NCBI GenBank assembly: GCA_002633005.1
Contig: NMRA01000001.1
Span: forward strand, 4,072,102-4,136,101
DNA: 64,000 nucleotides
Direction of reading: 5' to 3'
DNA from: Phoronis australis
Lineage: Eukaryota > Animalia > Phoronida
Below, in pieces: positions 50,001 through 63,648 of this stretch. The translations under genes were made by a program, and so were the position numbers. Below the pieces are notes generated by a model, which did not search any database, was not told where the DNA came from, and saw nothing but the letters and a program-made list of their open reading frames with translations. Each line of letters begins with the position of its first letter. Position 1 is the first letter of the stretch.

Positions 50001-53000
50001 TCGCAAGCATCCGTAAATAACTTTACACTTGTAAATATCCGTGAAAGCCGGAGAGGCAATTTTGAACATATCAAAAATCTAGCGATCGTCCGTAATTAAC
50101 ACGTAAAGAATCGCAAACCGCTCGCAACAACACGTAAATATATTACTCGTAAGAAACCGTAAGTGAATCGTAACAATTTGACAATAGGACTATGTATTTT
50201 AAGTTTACAAATAATTCACGATTTCTTTACGGACATCTGACAATCTTTCATTTTCTTCGAAATTTGCTTAGTAAAATAAAAGGGCATAACGGAAGTAGTT
50301 GAATAAGTACACGTAATAGTAATTAAATTCGGCTTGCGAAGGCGGACCCCTGGTGGGGGGCCGGGGGGTGCGTTCGCACTCGTCGCACCCCGTGGACACG
50401 GGCATGATTAGCGAAAACTTTTCGAAGCCGCATATTTCAGCGCGGATTCAGGAACTCCCCCTTACATCCAGGGGAAAATTTTGTATTTGTGCCTGAAAAC
50501 AAGCATTTTATTTGATTTCTGAAATATGATAAGCTCTCGACTACTCTATTTTGGCCAGGTCGCTATCTGCGACTAGCGCGGCAAAATCGCATGACACAGA
50601 TCGTATTCTGGAATCCGACATAGCTGCACGGCAAATTTTCAAGTCGTCAAGTTGCCACTAAAAATTCCCTTGATTCTAGCGGACTTTCACATGCTTTATG
50701 TTTTTTTGTTGCTCCGTTAACGAACACATACAGAAGCAGACACAGAATTTATGTGGTCATGACGCGTACTCAAATGACTTATTCATACATGATAACACTC
50801 TGTGTGTATGTATTGGTCATCCAGAGTGATAGCGCGCAGCGTCACTGCCGGTCGCCTTGGATATCACGCGCATATCCACCGGGAGCGCCCCCCACACGCA
50901 CACATAAACTAAAACTCCACTTAAAATGAGCAATTATTGGGGTTACTTAATTAACTCAAGATTTTCTCCCGTTTTTTCTGTTTTTTTTTTTGTTTTGCAG
51001 CCGCTAATGGGAGGGGGTGGTTCCCTAGCGCCTATGTACGTGTTTTCTTGCGAATCAACATGAAAGGCATGCTGCCAAATGCTCTGAATACATGCAAAGG
51101 CTAAAAATTTTAACTGGAAAAGAGCCACAATAGATTCCATCACTGGGTTACCCTGCTTGTACTGATTTCATTATTGTGTCCCCTCGGAAAAGAATCAATT
51201 GAAATCGCGCAAGAAAAGTGTGGCCACGGTGACGAATACCGTAGGCGGGGCTTGCATCCCGGCAAGGACTGACCGTCAGCGACGGGCTAGGGTTCATATA
51301 TACTGACTAAAATGGTATGGTATTACCGGGAAAGGGGTCTCTGGATAAATACAGCTCTGAGTCCCGGCTTAAAAAATGTCTTGTGAGAAGCGGCAGCTAG
51401 AGATAGCATTTCGCTCAGTCATTGAACTCAATCCACATCTTTTTAAGACTAAGGTCACTGACTCATTAATTAAGATGCTGGTGCCCGGTTTAATTGTCAG
51501 TTATGCAGGATCTGAAATAACCCGATGCAGGACATTCCACTCGTAGAGCTTATCACGAATAACTCTAAACGCATTATTCAAGCCTGGAACCCCAAAGTCT
51601 GGTGAATGACAAGGCTGAATGTTCACTCTCTTTCTCCCCCGCTTATAACCGTGGTGCGCCAGGTAGTAGATGGAGGGTGATATTGTGACTGCCGACTAAA
51701 GGACATCCATAGGCGGATTTAGGGAGGGGGGGCCAGGGCCCTCCCCCCCTTGGCTGCCGCAAAAAATAAAACAGTAAGAGCGTAGGGAAATGGTGAGTTT
51801 ATTAATTAACCCCGNCTCCGTTTCCGTCGTCTGTTCCACTGTGCAATGAAGAAAATTTACTTCATTTTGTAAAGAAAATGGAACCTGAGTGACCGACGAT
51901 GAAAAAACAGAAACTGCTGGTAAGATGTGAATTTTAATCGAAGCTTTGGTGAATCACTCAGAAACTCATAATTCTCTCTTTGTCAAACCTTAACTTGAGA
52001 CGATTTCCAAAGCAATCCCGTCGTTATTGCCAACACGAAAAACGGATTTGGTCTTTTGGGCATTTGAAGACTATTTTAAATACAACAAATTTGTTAAGAA
52101 CCGATTGCACAAAATACTGATAAAACGTGTAATAAGCATTACAAAAAGAAGTAGGCTTCGCGCACAAACGCTGTGGACCATAAACAAGTAGGTCTCTTAG
52201 AACGAAATAAGTAGTTAAATCGTGGTGGTGTAGTAACGCACGCGCGCTCTATTCGACAGGTCTTGAGTTGAGTCTTTGGTACTTGCAGTTTTTCCTGTTT
52301 GACACGTTCTCCGTGTTTTTTTTTGCCTTTTTTTCTTGGATAATACTTCAGGAATCAAGGAAAATGCTTGATTTTTAGAGGTAAAAACAGAAAAATTTCC
52401 TCCCCCCATTCGGTGCTATACGCATCTACAATCGTCGTTTGCGCAAATGCTTACAGCCGGACAAAATGTTGGGCCCCCCCACTGACATGAACGTGGAATT
52501 AAAAGTAAAGGGCGATAGCGGTGAGGGGACCAATATGTGCACTTGTTGGGAGCTCCAACCTGCAGTGCGTTGCCGAACTACTTGGTCTCATTTTTATGAC
52601 CAAATCATGACTCATGAGCCATATGTAGATTGGAGCAGTCAAGTCTCTTGTTCTTGAGCCGTCCAACGAATAAGTCAAGATTTGAAGATGCTGCCATCTC
52701 AAGTGAAAAATAGTTATGTTTGTCATGTGATCAGAACTAACAGAATGATTGGTTAAAGTTGACAACACTAATTTGTCCAACTTGCAAAATGGCGAGGCTG
52801 TGCTTGTGAAACGCTGCCGATTAATTTACAAATTCTGCTGTTTGTATTGTGCATATGATGTGATATTCCTGAGAACGCCACATGGATGTACTCTTTTGGG
52901 TGTAAGGCAAGTTCTTAATTCTCTTGTACTGATTTCTATACCGATTTGAAATCTCTTATCGGCGCCCTATTTCTCTAACCTCTGTTTTGTTTGCGTCTTG

Positions 53001-54735
53001 ACTGCTGAAGTCAGGCAAAGAAAAATCTGTTTGACAGTACTGGTTCGATATAACTGATTAATAGTGATTGCCATCTTACCTGCTTTACACTGCTTAAAGC
53101 TGAATTTCTCTTTGTTTGTCTGGATAAAAATTGATTGTCCTGTTATTTAGTTTCACTCAACTAGTATAATCGGTCCTCGTCCGACCTTAAGTTGAGTCTT
53201 ATTTCCGCCACCAACATACAAGAACATTGTAACCATCATCGATGCAAGAATTCAGAGTTAATGCGAGTCCACGTCCACCATCTTGAATATTTAGTATGAC
53301 AGAGTAAACAAACCAAATCGTGTGAATTCCCATGGGCTATATTAGTGGGCAGGAGACCCAGTAGGCAATTTATACATCGCCCTGGATGCCGCAGGCATAC
53401 AGCCTTTACAGGGGCGATAGTACATCCCCACCAAAAGTTACTCATTTCAAAATACAGGAAATAAAATCAAATGAGACATGCATACATGCACACGGAGTTA
53501 TAAACAACTCATACCATAAGACTGAAAACGATTCAGTCAAGATAATTTGAACAAATCGAAAGTCTGTCGCGGTTTGCTCAAGTTTCTCTTACTGTGTGCC
53601 ATTTTGAGGAAGTTACGAGAAATCATGCATGTTGACAAATAAAAAGTCCAAGGGACACAAATCTTACAAATTTCACCTGATACCTTCTCATGCTATTTTG
53701 TACTGAAGTGTCACGCGCTTCACTCAGTCTCGCGCTAGCATTTGCTTAACTCATGTGACTCAGCTGACATACTTTGTGGATGGCACGCGCGGTTAAACAG
53801 TTAACGGCAACCAAAAAAGTGGAGTTGGAATTCTTCGCCAAAGTCAACTTAATTCTCACAACTAAGCTTCATCGAAGATTTGTATAGAAGTAGAAAGGAC
53901 CAATGATGGAAGTTAGCACTTTTTTAAATGATAGTTTTAAGTGTGGAATGTATTTTTGACGAGGTGAAAACTCAAAATTGGTGACCGGATTTGGCGGTGA
54001 TTTGGGTTACCGCCCGTTTAAAATAGATGTAACGAAATGCGTACAGAAAGCAAACGAAAGTATTGTAGACCCTGAATGGCCAACTGAGGGGCTACGTGTT
54101 GCCCAGAGACCCAGGAGCGTAAACCCCGTCAAAGTAACATTTTTCGAAAGACATTGATTGGACTGTCAAATGGTCGCAATTAGGCTGTTACCAATATATT
54201 CTAGATTGTCACAAAGTCGTTGATGTGTCCGAGTACCTCGTGTGCTCAATTTTGGAGCGCATTGCAAAATGCCTGTCTTTGTTAAAAATCCACCCAGTTG
54301 GCCTACGTTTTCACAAAGTCCATCTCAGGGTCTGTAATTAATTGGCCCTGCATTTGAAAATGATCTCAATTAAAGTTTCAACTCCCCTTGTAATCGCAAA
54401 TTATTTTATCGCCAATCATCCTGGCATCGGCAGCCTGACAAAACCAAGATACAATGGGTAAAAGCTAAATTTATTTTGAAAGATTCTGTTTAATTAATGC
54501 AGCAGCATTCACATACCAGTGGGATAAATTTATTGTCAAGCACTGATTTCATCATCTGCTTGCTATTTTAAAGAAATCGGCATTTTACAGTCTGGTCTCT
54601 GTAGATGGCAATAGCCAAATTGGTGCATGTAAATTACATGCGTAAGTTATTTCTTGTTTGTGGCGTAAAGCAATTATTTGCGACGTAAAGTTAATATTTG
54701 TGGCATAAAGTAATTATTTGCAACGTAAATTTATT

Positions 54736-55007
54736 GTTGGCCAAATGAGTGAACCTTAGGCACGTAAATTACATGTGTAAATTATTTTTTGTTGGTGGCG
54801 TAAATTAATTATTAGTGGTGTAAAATAATCATTTACGTGCGTAATTTACACAGGTAAGTTAATTATTTACCTGCGTAAATTACAGCGCAAATAATTACTT
54901 TGTGCCGTAAAAAGTTACTTTACGCTGCAAGTAATTACTTTACGCCGCTAGCAAGAAGTAACATATGCTCGTAATTTACGCGTGTAACGTTCACTCATTT
55001 GGCCAAC
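54736..55007. mobile_element. Fold-back MITE with 19-bp perfect TIR (GTTGGCCAAATGAGTGAAC) and internal ~21-bp subrepeats; partial extra arm at about 54610-54735
   Basis: gttggccaaatgagtgaac at 54736 and gttcactcatttggccaac ending at 55007; repeated cgtaaattaattat/ataattactttacg units. Confidence 0.8.
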
Positions 55008-58000
55008 GTTAAAAATCAGCTTGTTTAGTGCTCCACCACATGAGTGCACTTGCTTTGCACTTGCTCAACTCGAAACTGTTGACTCCTGTATTGGAGTGGA
55101 CACCTGTTGTGTTGGCTTATTTGAGTGAACTTTCCAAGTTGACTTGGGTATTCTAAGTTTATGCATACTCAATCTTCAACTGAAGCAGAATTCCAAGTTT
55201 AAGCACAACACACCAACCCTGCTTCCTAGGGTAGGGTTGGTGACCCACCTGTGTATTTTTCCAACCAAAAATAATGGCGATAACTTTTGAGTGAACATAT
55301 ATTGGAAACCAGAAAACCCAAAAATTTCAAACTTGCATTCTTTTATACAAAGTTCAGTGCTATTCACTTGGCCATATGTTTACTTGAAACTCGTATGTTG
55401 ACAACCATGTTTTCTTATGGATGAATTTGCAATAAGATATAGTATGAGGGTTGATTTGGAAACCTATAGCTTACTAATGCGACATCAGATTTTGTTTGGC
55501 CGCCTGGTAAAATTCCCATAAAGTTGCCGGATTTTCACGATTTGCAACCAAGTCGGAAAAAGTCAGAGAAGTAAGAATTAACTGCAATTGGCCTAAAAAA
55601 TTTGTGGTAACGTTCAAACTTATAATAAAAATTTCTTCCTAAATGCAATTACCTTTGGCTCACAATTTAATTTCTGAAATCAGTGTGTCTGTTATCCTCA
55701 GCACAAATCCAAGCACATGATCAAACTTCAACAAGAAGTAACAGATGGGAGTTTGGCAAAAACACACGCTTTAAGTCAAAGGGCCCAATCATGCACAAAC
55801 AATGTGTTCCGAGTGTCTGCTTTGTCCTGAAGTAAGAGTTGAATGCACATTTGCGACCTGAAATTTGGAAATGTGAGTTGAGCTTTTGGCCAAGTTGAAC
55901 TGTTAGAAACTATGAATTTTGCGTGCTGTAACTTGTTACTATAAATGTGATTTTGCCCAGGTTGCAATTGAAGATATACCGATTATCGTACCGTCGATGG
56001 CTGGGAATTAGTCGTCAACATACACACAATTTGTCTCTATTTAACCTCGTACAAATAAAACAACAGAAAAAAAATATGTTTTTGGGTGGGGCATTTGACT
56101 CTTGTGACTATTGACTGTCACTAGTACTAATACGCATCCCCGTCAAACTTGCCTGTTTTGTTGCTAGTGTAGGCCAGGGCTGTCACCTGCTAGATTTCCC
56201 ATGTGGTGACCTTGGAATTTTGCCAGGTCGTATTTGTATTTGGCGAGTTGACGTGCTGAGACTGAGTCATGCCCCCAGCATAGTTTATTTTAGTGGTCGA
56301 AAAGTAAACCTTTGGAACATGCCCATTGCTAAGTCACTGTCTTTATGCCTGCAGCATCCTAGGCCAACCCTAAAATAGCTTAATTTGAAGAAGATGTAAG
56401 TGTACTTAGTCCTGTGAGTTGTTGCCTTATTTACCAACAGTTCCCATGGAATGAGTGTGATAATGGTTTTAAACCCCACAGCACAGTGGTTAAAAATTCA
56501 ACATTGGCAGTAGACAGTATATTAGATTAACAACTCCTGGATGTGTCATGCCAATTATGAAAACTTGTTTCACATGCTTTGCAGCGCCATTTGGTTTTAA
56601 ATTGGTCAGTGCTCAAAACAGCAACTGAAGTTGTTCAAGCGAGATGTAAGTATACAGAATTTCCATCTATAAATCCGTGACGTGTATTTGACAGATAGTA
56701 TTGTGGACAAAAAGTCAGATACGAAAAATATACATCCTGTTGCAGTGCGAATATTTCAACCCGAGCATATTCTTACCTAAGTTATCATGCACTTTGATGA
56801 AAATTTCACCGGGCAATTGGAGGAATATCAATGGTGAGTACCGCAATGGTCTCCACATCTGAAAATCTAAACAGATAACAAGCCTGAAAGCGCCAACAAA
56901 TAAGCTGGGGCGTGCAGCAGAAGTCGTTCTCTGTAGTGTGCTCTTACCTGCCCTGTTTTTACCCAAGAACTTAAATAATAATGCATAGCAGTGCAAATGA
57001 ATGACTGTATTTGTTCATTTTTGATTTTTAAGTCGGTGACATTGGACTGATTTACAAGGATATCACATAAACCATTTGTTCATTCAATGACTTTTAGTAT
57101 CGAAGTCTATACAGACGTGTTTGAAACAGTTAGCGGAAAATTTTTACTCGAATTTGTGGTGTCAACGTCTAGTAAGTCCAAAAGTTCTAATATAGAGGTA
57201 AACTTGTTAACAGCTATATCCTGTCTTCCCACGAAGTAGACAGTCCCGAGTGAAATGCCTTAGTAAAACGAGACAGTCAAGCCTTTGTTTTCTCCCAGTC
57301 TAATGTCTTTCACAGCGTTCTTATAGTCAATACCCTCGCAATATATGTCAAAATTTGACGTTCTGAAGTTGGTACATCCAGTGGTAAAACTCGGAATTCT
57401 TGCAGAAACTGCACCACATGTCAATCCACCATCTTAAAGTAATTACGTGGAGGAAACCAACCGATTCATGAGTATTTTCCATTTGCTTAGACGAGTCTAG
57501 AGTAAGGCCTATTCAAACCAATATTTTTTGAAAGATGTTGAATGGATTGTCAAACGTTTGCAAGTACACTTTTCCTTATATGTTCAGGACTGTCACAAAC
57601 TCAGTCTTCCTGTTGAGAACTATTTATTGTCAAGTTTAGAGCGAATTGTAGGAATGCTGATGTTCGGTGTTGTTGGCAAAAATATGGTGTTTTCAAAGGT
57701 CCATCGGATATTTGTGGTCTGTTGACTGGACCGCTTTACCACCATGATCCAGATGTGGAACTGTATTATCTGTCGTATCTACATATGTGTGTACATCTGT
57801 ATCTGGAACATCTCTCGGTTTGTAAAATAATCCTTAACAGTCTATCTAGTGACGCCAGTGAAACTCCTTATAAGGCAATGAGATGAGCTCAATTTCTATT
57901 GGTTGATGACAATGAGAAATGTCCCAAAACTAACCAATAGTATTCATCTAAGTGAGAAATGCACAAACAACAACCAACAAGTCATCAAATGCGTTTCTAT

Positions 58001-59178
58001 TCAAAGCTGACATTTCTAACACTGCTGCCGGTAAGTCCGACCAGTGTCATGGGGCGTACTGAATATTGAAAAATGCGCTACGAAAGCACCTTTTGCTTTG
58101 GAATGAAGTTTCTTATATCTGAAATGACTGATGGCCGATCTATTTGAGCAATGGCTGACTAGTTGATAATATTACGAAAGTGGCTGTCATTTCAAGCAAT
58201 TTTCTAAAATTTTGTCCGTCTGTATTAATGCCAGCTGTCCAGGCGAACCTGTCCAAAATAAAATTCAGGTCAGTCAAAAGACGGCCAAGGTGTCTGTCGT
58301 ATAAACCCCTGTGGAACGGTGTCGGGCTTACTAGTTAGGGTTTCGTAGAATTAATCACTGAGCCTTTATCATTTTCAATGAGCTGCGCTCTCTGTTGTCC
58401 TTACCGAACACAAACAATGACTGCAAAAGCGGTTAATGATCAGTGACTCTGGTCCCAGACTGCACCTCCAGTGAGCAGGTAGTGTGTAGCTTTTGTGTAT
58501 TGGCTAACAAGAGTTCAGGAATAGAAATGTGCAGGCTCTCAAGGACTGTGTTTGACATTTGTTCTCTGGATATACAGGATTTGTACAGATCCATAATATT
58601 AAGCCCAGTACTATAAGCCTCATTCAATATACAAATGCACAGGTGTATCCAGTAAAGCAAGTGTTAGCCTAGTTAAACAAAATCAGTCAAGATCATGAAC
58701 CTTCAATGCCTTTATTCAGGGGGGGGGTCAAATATCAGCCCCTTTCTACTGTTATGTATATGAACAGAATCGTGGGAACATTCCCCTCAAGGTTAAAATC
58801 ACTTTAATAAGGTTGGTGTTGGCTACTTCAGGCTTTGCCAATGAGGGTTACTGACCAGAGGGAGAGGGAAGAGGAATATTTCACCTTTAACCAAAAATTC
58901 CCATCTTGGAAGGCACGGGCACCTTTCCCCTCTGGTGAGCAAGGGCCCTGGCACTGTAATGCTACATCTGGCTAGTGTTAGCAAACAGATATACCACCCC
59001 AATAGTTCACACTGCAAATGGTTGACATTGATGGTGGTTGGATGTCTGCGCTGGACTGCTGAATTATTTATGGGATATAATGGAATATTACCCCTATGTA
59101 TGTTAAGATTTATCATGTACAGGAGTCCAATGTGTGAGTATACTCAATGAACGCACCCCTGCTTAGAAATGTTGTTAT

Positions 59179-59798
59179 GGTAATAGGATACCTTGGTTTT
59201 TAAGGATCAAAGTTTTTAATAACTTTAAAGAGTACAATAGTAGACCCATAAAATTATGCATTTTAAATATTCTTGATCATCACAAAGTAATCGTAATCAT
59301 GTGGTTACTTTTTTGTAAAAACATGATTTTTTCACAGAGATTGTCGAGACTTCCCTAAACATATTTTTATTCGCACAAAACATGAAAATTCTGTTTATTC
59401 GAACTAGGTATGACAGGGTGTTTGCGATTTTATTTTAAGGCCTTGTAACCAGATAGCTCTGGAGTCAATCGAGACTTTCAAGGATTGCTGATGTCTGCAT
59501 TTTTGTCCGGAGTTTTCAGGATAAAAGTCTTACAAGAAAATCCCAGACACTCTTGTGTAGCTAATGGAATAAAGAAACTAAATTTTCAAGTTAAATACGG
59601 AAAAATTCTTTTTTGCTGAAATTATAACAATCTCTGTCAAAAATAAAGATTTTAAAATTTTTTCATAATTTCGAGCACCTGGGCACTATTTCTATGCATA
59701 CAAAAAGATTCTATATAATCATCAAGGATTTTAAAAATATAGTTTTATGGGTCTAGTTAAGAAATTTGATCCTTGATGACAGATGGTATCCCAGTACC
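59179..59798. mobile_element. Kolobok-like MITE with about 90-bp imperfect TIRs; partial relative at about 40960-41040
   Basis: ggtaataggatacc...aaggatcaaa...tagacccataaaa versus ttttatgggtctag...tttgatcctt...ggtatcccagtacc; TTAT and TTAA flanks. Confidence 0.7.
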
Positions 59799-62655
59799 TT
59801 AATTTCTGTAGATTGACCTAGTGATAATATTTGTTCCAGACTGATGTTGGTCTAACATGTTCAATGGGCAAGGTGCACTGATAGGCAATCAGTAGTGGAT
59901 GCTCTCAGTCTCTGATAATACACACTTACTGAAGATCAATCCTCCTATTGATTTTCTGAGCTGGCCAGATTCTTTTAAGGAATCTCATAGAATTCTAGTA
60001 AAATATTAGTTCTCTGTTTCGCATGGAAAAGAGCCACGTGGTCCTGTGATTTCAGACACATACATGTACAAATGTATATGAATCGTGTTCACCAGCCTGT
60101 TTCTGAATACCTCGAAGCAAATGTACACATTTACTGGAAATGGAAAATTCCAAGTATTTGCTTTATTATGTATGAATTTATTTCTGTAAAGAAAGTGGAT
60201 ATTAACCTGGTAAGGCGGCCAAATAAGTGTCGGTTTTGCAAACTTTTCAGCGAGCCTATCGGTCAGTAGATGTCACGTAACAACCTTGTCTGCCAAATAA
60301 GACGATTTTGCTATTCATCTGACAAAATTTTACGTAACATGGTAGAGACAAGGCTGACATGTTGCAAAGAAAATATTTTCACTTGTCACTGTGAGTGGCA
60401 TGAGATGATGGATTAGATATACTATACTGAGCACAGCTCGATAAAGTGCATGACGTCAAATCCGAACAACTCAAGTGACAATTTATTGATAATCGTGCTC
60501 ATCTTCTTTGCTTCAACTTTCCAAAAAGAAACTTAGGCCACATGATTGTTTGCATTATTTAGTGATGATCTTGAAAAGTCATGATAGATAGTTTGTAATT
60601 GAGTGATGCGCACGATGGGTTTCATTTCGAATGGCCATTTGCCTAGTTCATTACAGTTTTCAAAGCACCAGCTTTGGCAATTTCATCAGTGGTACCTGGA
60701 CGAACTACAGAATATAAAGTTGCATATACACGAGAGATGGCTGTAACAAAGTACCTAACATGGAACAGCTCAGTGGATTCAAGTGTGTGTGTAAACGCGA
60801 CTGACACAGAGTAAGTTGACGCCGCGGCGGCCATTTTTGAGACCGGTTTGAGGGGTAGAGCAAGATACACTCAATCAGTTGTTTCAATTTCAACTACACG
60901 TCTAAACACAAGTGGGGCACGGGAAAAGTGATCCTCTTTCAATGCGCTTGCACAATAGAGTATATACGGGTGATCCGCTGGCATTCCATGTGGTTTGGAT
61001 GTTTGCTGTTGTTTATGCGAGCATGCACAGACAGTCTCTGTGTGACTCTTGCTGATCCAGTTTGCGATCTAATGTCGTGTAAATGTGGCTGAAGTGGAGC
61101 AAGCCGCGTCATGACAACTGACAAGACGATAGCTGTCTCTGTATAGAAGCTGCTTTATCTTTCTCCATGCTGCTAATACCTCACTCCTTATTCCTCGGGG
61201 AAACCGAAAGAATAGGCAACTTGTTATGACCCATGAAAGTTTGTTGGGAGAATGGCAAAAGTTATCATTTGGCTGACAGGATGTGACAGTGATATTTACC
61301 ACTGGGTGCCTTGAAAGTTTGTTGGGTGAATAGCTTAGATGTGATTATTTTACCAACAAGGTGTGACCGCGATGATGTTGGCTAATGAGAACATGTTTGT
61401 CAGATAAATAACAAAAATCTGATTATTTGTCTGACAAGTTTGTGACGTTACATTAACGAATGAGTTTGCTGAGAGTTTGTCCGGTGAATAGTATTTGACG
61501 GACATGGGGTGACATCTCAAAAATCCACCAATGACATCGTTGAATGATTTGTCATCTACATAGCTTATTTGACTGAGCTGTTTGTTGTAGCAAAAACTGG
61601 CTTATTTAACCAACTTGTTGGGTAAATAGGGTACACCATCTGCAAACACTGCTGGTCTGATAATTGTCAGACTGACAAGGTGCAAGCCAACATACCCACA
61701 TACCAGTAGTGCAACTGTGCATGCACCACCATCATAGGTATTCTGGTCAATATAAATATATTGGTTGACACTCGTGATTATGAAACTGTCTACCCACTGC
61801 TTCTGTAAATGTTAATTTGAGCACCCACTGCTTGGATCCACCCAGAAAGGGAAGAGCTTCAAGCGCCCTCTGAGGGTTATTGCCCACTGGCATTTTTCAT
61901 CATTGAGTACTAGTATATTAAAAAAAAATGGTAAAAGTACTTTCAAATGTGAAAACTGCTGAGCTGGTAAAGTCCCTGGGATGTGCCCTCGTTTTCCTAG
62001 CCGCCACTAGAGAATGCGTTCCTGTTCTTATGACTTGCGGTAGCGGCTATCTTCATTTAAAATATGTACACGGCAGGGTTGTGGGAAGTGGAGGCCGAAC
62101 GGGAGGGTCACATCGTGGCCCAAATGAATTCATTTGCAGCATCATGGGCGAAACTAATGGGTGGGGAAGTTGTCCAGTAAAGTGTTTGTCATTTTTCCAT
62201 CGTAATACGATTTGCGGATCTGATGTGAATAAGTGCTGGCGAAATTTGTGGGGGAGGGAAATTGCTGGTGACTGGCTAGTGGTGTGGTCATATTTTCAGA
62301 TTCCTACTTTTGAAGTAAAAATGACTTCAATTGTAGTTCTTTTTGAATATTTCACTTTCGCAACAGTCATAGGAAGTGCGGGGAGGGCAGAGGGGACGAA
62401 TACTCCTGCGGTCCTGCTCATGAACATTGAGGGCAGTGTTCACTCTACTTATTGGTCGTTAAAATGTGTTTTGAATTGAGCTGTCCTTGATTACACAGCG
62501 ACACTCCAGTTGCTGTATTTACCCACAATGCCGAAAACATCTGTCAGGCTCGTTTGCTGCCTTGTTTTTGTGCCACTGGAGTTTCACATTTTATTTTTTT
62601 GTTGTCTGATTCTTAACAAGTTTTTCTCAGTTGCATTACTCAGTTCGTCCTTCCA

Positions 62656-62790
62656 ATGCCTACCAATTATTACTGCTGTACTGTGTGCTGCAACTCTGAC
62701 TTGGACAAATAACCCTGGGGTGCGTGATCTGAAATTCTTCGCCTTCCCAACACCAGTGAGAGACATGAAAATGTGCATGATTTCCAAAAG
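62656..62790 (+). pseudogene. Degenerate THAP zinc-finger N-terminus, probably a transposon relic
   Basis: MPTNYYCCTVCCNS, then a frameshift to NNPGVRDLKFFAFPTPVRDMKMC, matching the THAP pattern MP..C...C....F..FP....R; the downstream W/C/H residues are not recovered. Confidence 0.45.
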
Positions 62791-63648
62791 TAGGTCACGT
62801 GCTTTCTTATCTTCGGGACAAGGAGAATTCTATCACCGTGTAATCCAGGACGGCCCTATTGAATGAATGAATTGTGGATCTACCTTGAAGGTTCACAATT
62901 GGTATTGTCGGGAGGGGGGGGATGGGGGCTCACATTTGCTTTGCCCCCTCTGAAGAAAACCTTAGTTTTAACTTTTTATGGCTATCTGACTTGCCTAGCT
63001 GATGCCTGTGAGAGCCTAATGTCATTTTTAATTCACATCAGCGTGCAAAGCCTCTTTTGCCAAGGAGAAGAGTAATTTTCAATTCCTGAGCTATTTCTGG
63101 ACAAGTGACCTACATTTAGAATGCTTGTGGAAAGTTCCTGCAACAAGGTTAATGGTTGTATGTCAGAAAACCAATGGGGAACTTCCTGCATATTTTGCCA
63201 CTAGGATCACTAGTAGCGTGGGTCCTTACGATTGCCATTTTTCTGTGTATTTGTTATGGTCTGGGTTGTTTGTAGCTGGTTTTATTATGTTACTGATGAG
63301 TGATATTTGTTGAAAACTTGCATGTGTAGTTAATAAAGACTTTGTGAAGTTCATACTCAGATTTTATACAAAATACGTTTTTTAAACTCTAATTTACCAT
63401 TGAAATGGAGTGATTCATTTCCATGGGCCTGACATCGACGGAAAAACGAGACGTACAGGTTTAAATTTTTAGCTGAATTTAATGTAAGGTAATCTTGAGC
63501 AGTGTGTTTTTATTGTAGTCTTTTCAAGATATCAAAGTAATGAGTAAATAAGTACTCAGCGATGCATGCAGTGTTTTCTGTTGCATTGACCGGCGGAGTG
63601 TCTAGTGGCAGCACTGTATCTCCTATGAACAGATAAATGTGATAACTA

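Noticed and set aside
49704-50406. Single hAT-like element bounded by CATGCCCGT / ACGGGCATG
   Set aside because: Short TIRs are present but there is no matching TSD, and the interior looks like nested fragments of other repeats, so the boundaries cannot be supported.
51815-51815. Single N as a marker of a second duplication
   Set aside because: No duplicated sequence was seen on the two sides; it is simply a contig join or ambiguous base.
61928-62479. 183-aa ATG ORF as a real gene
   Set aside because: No recognisable domain or clear splice context; probably chance or part of a decayed mobile element.
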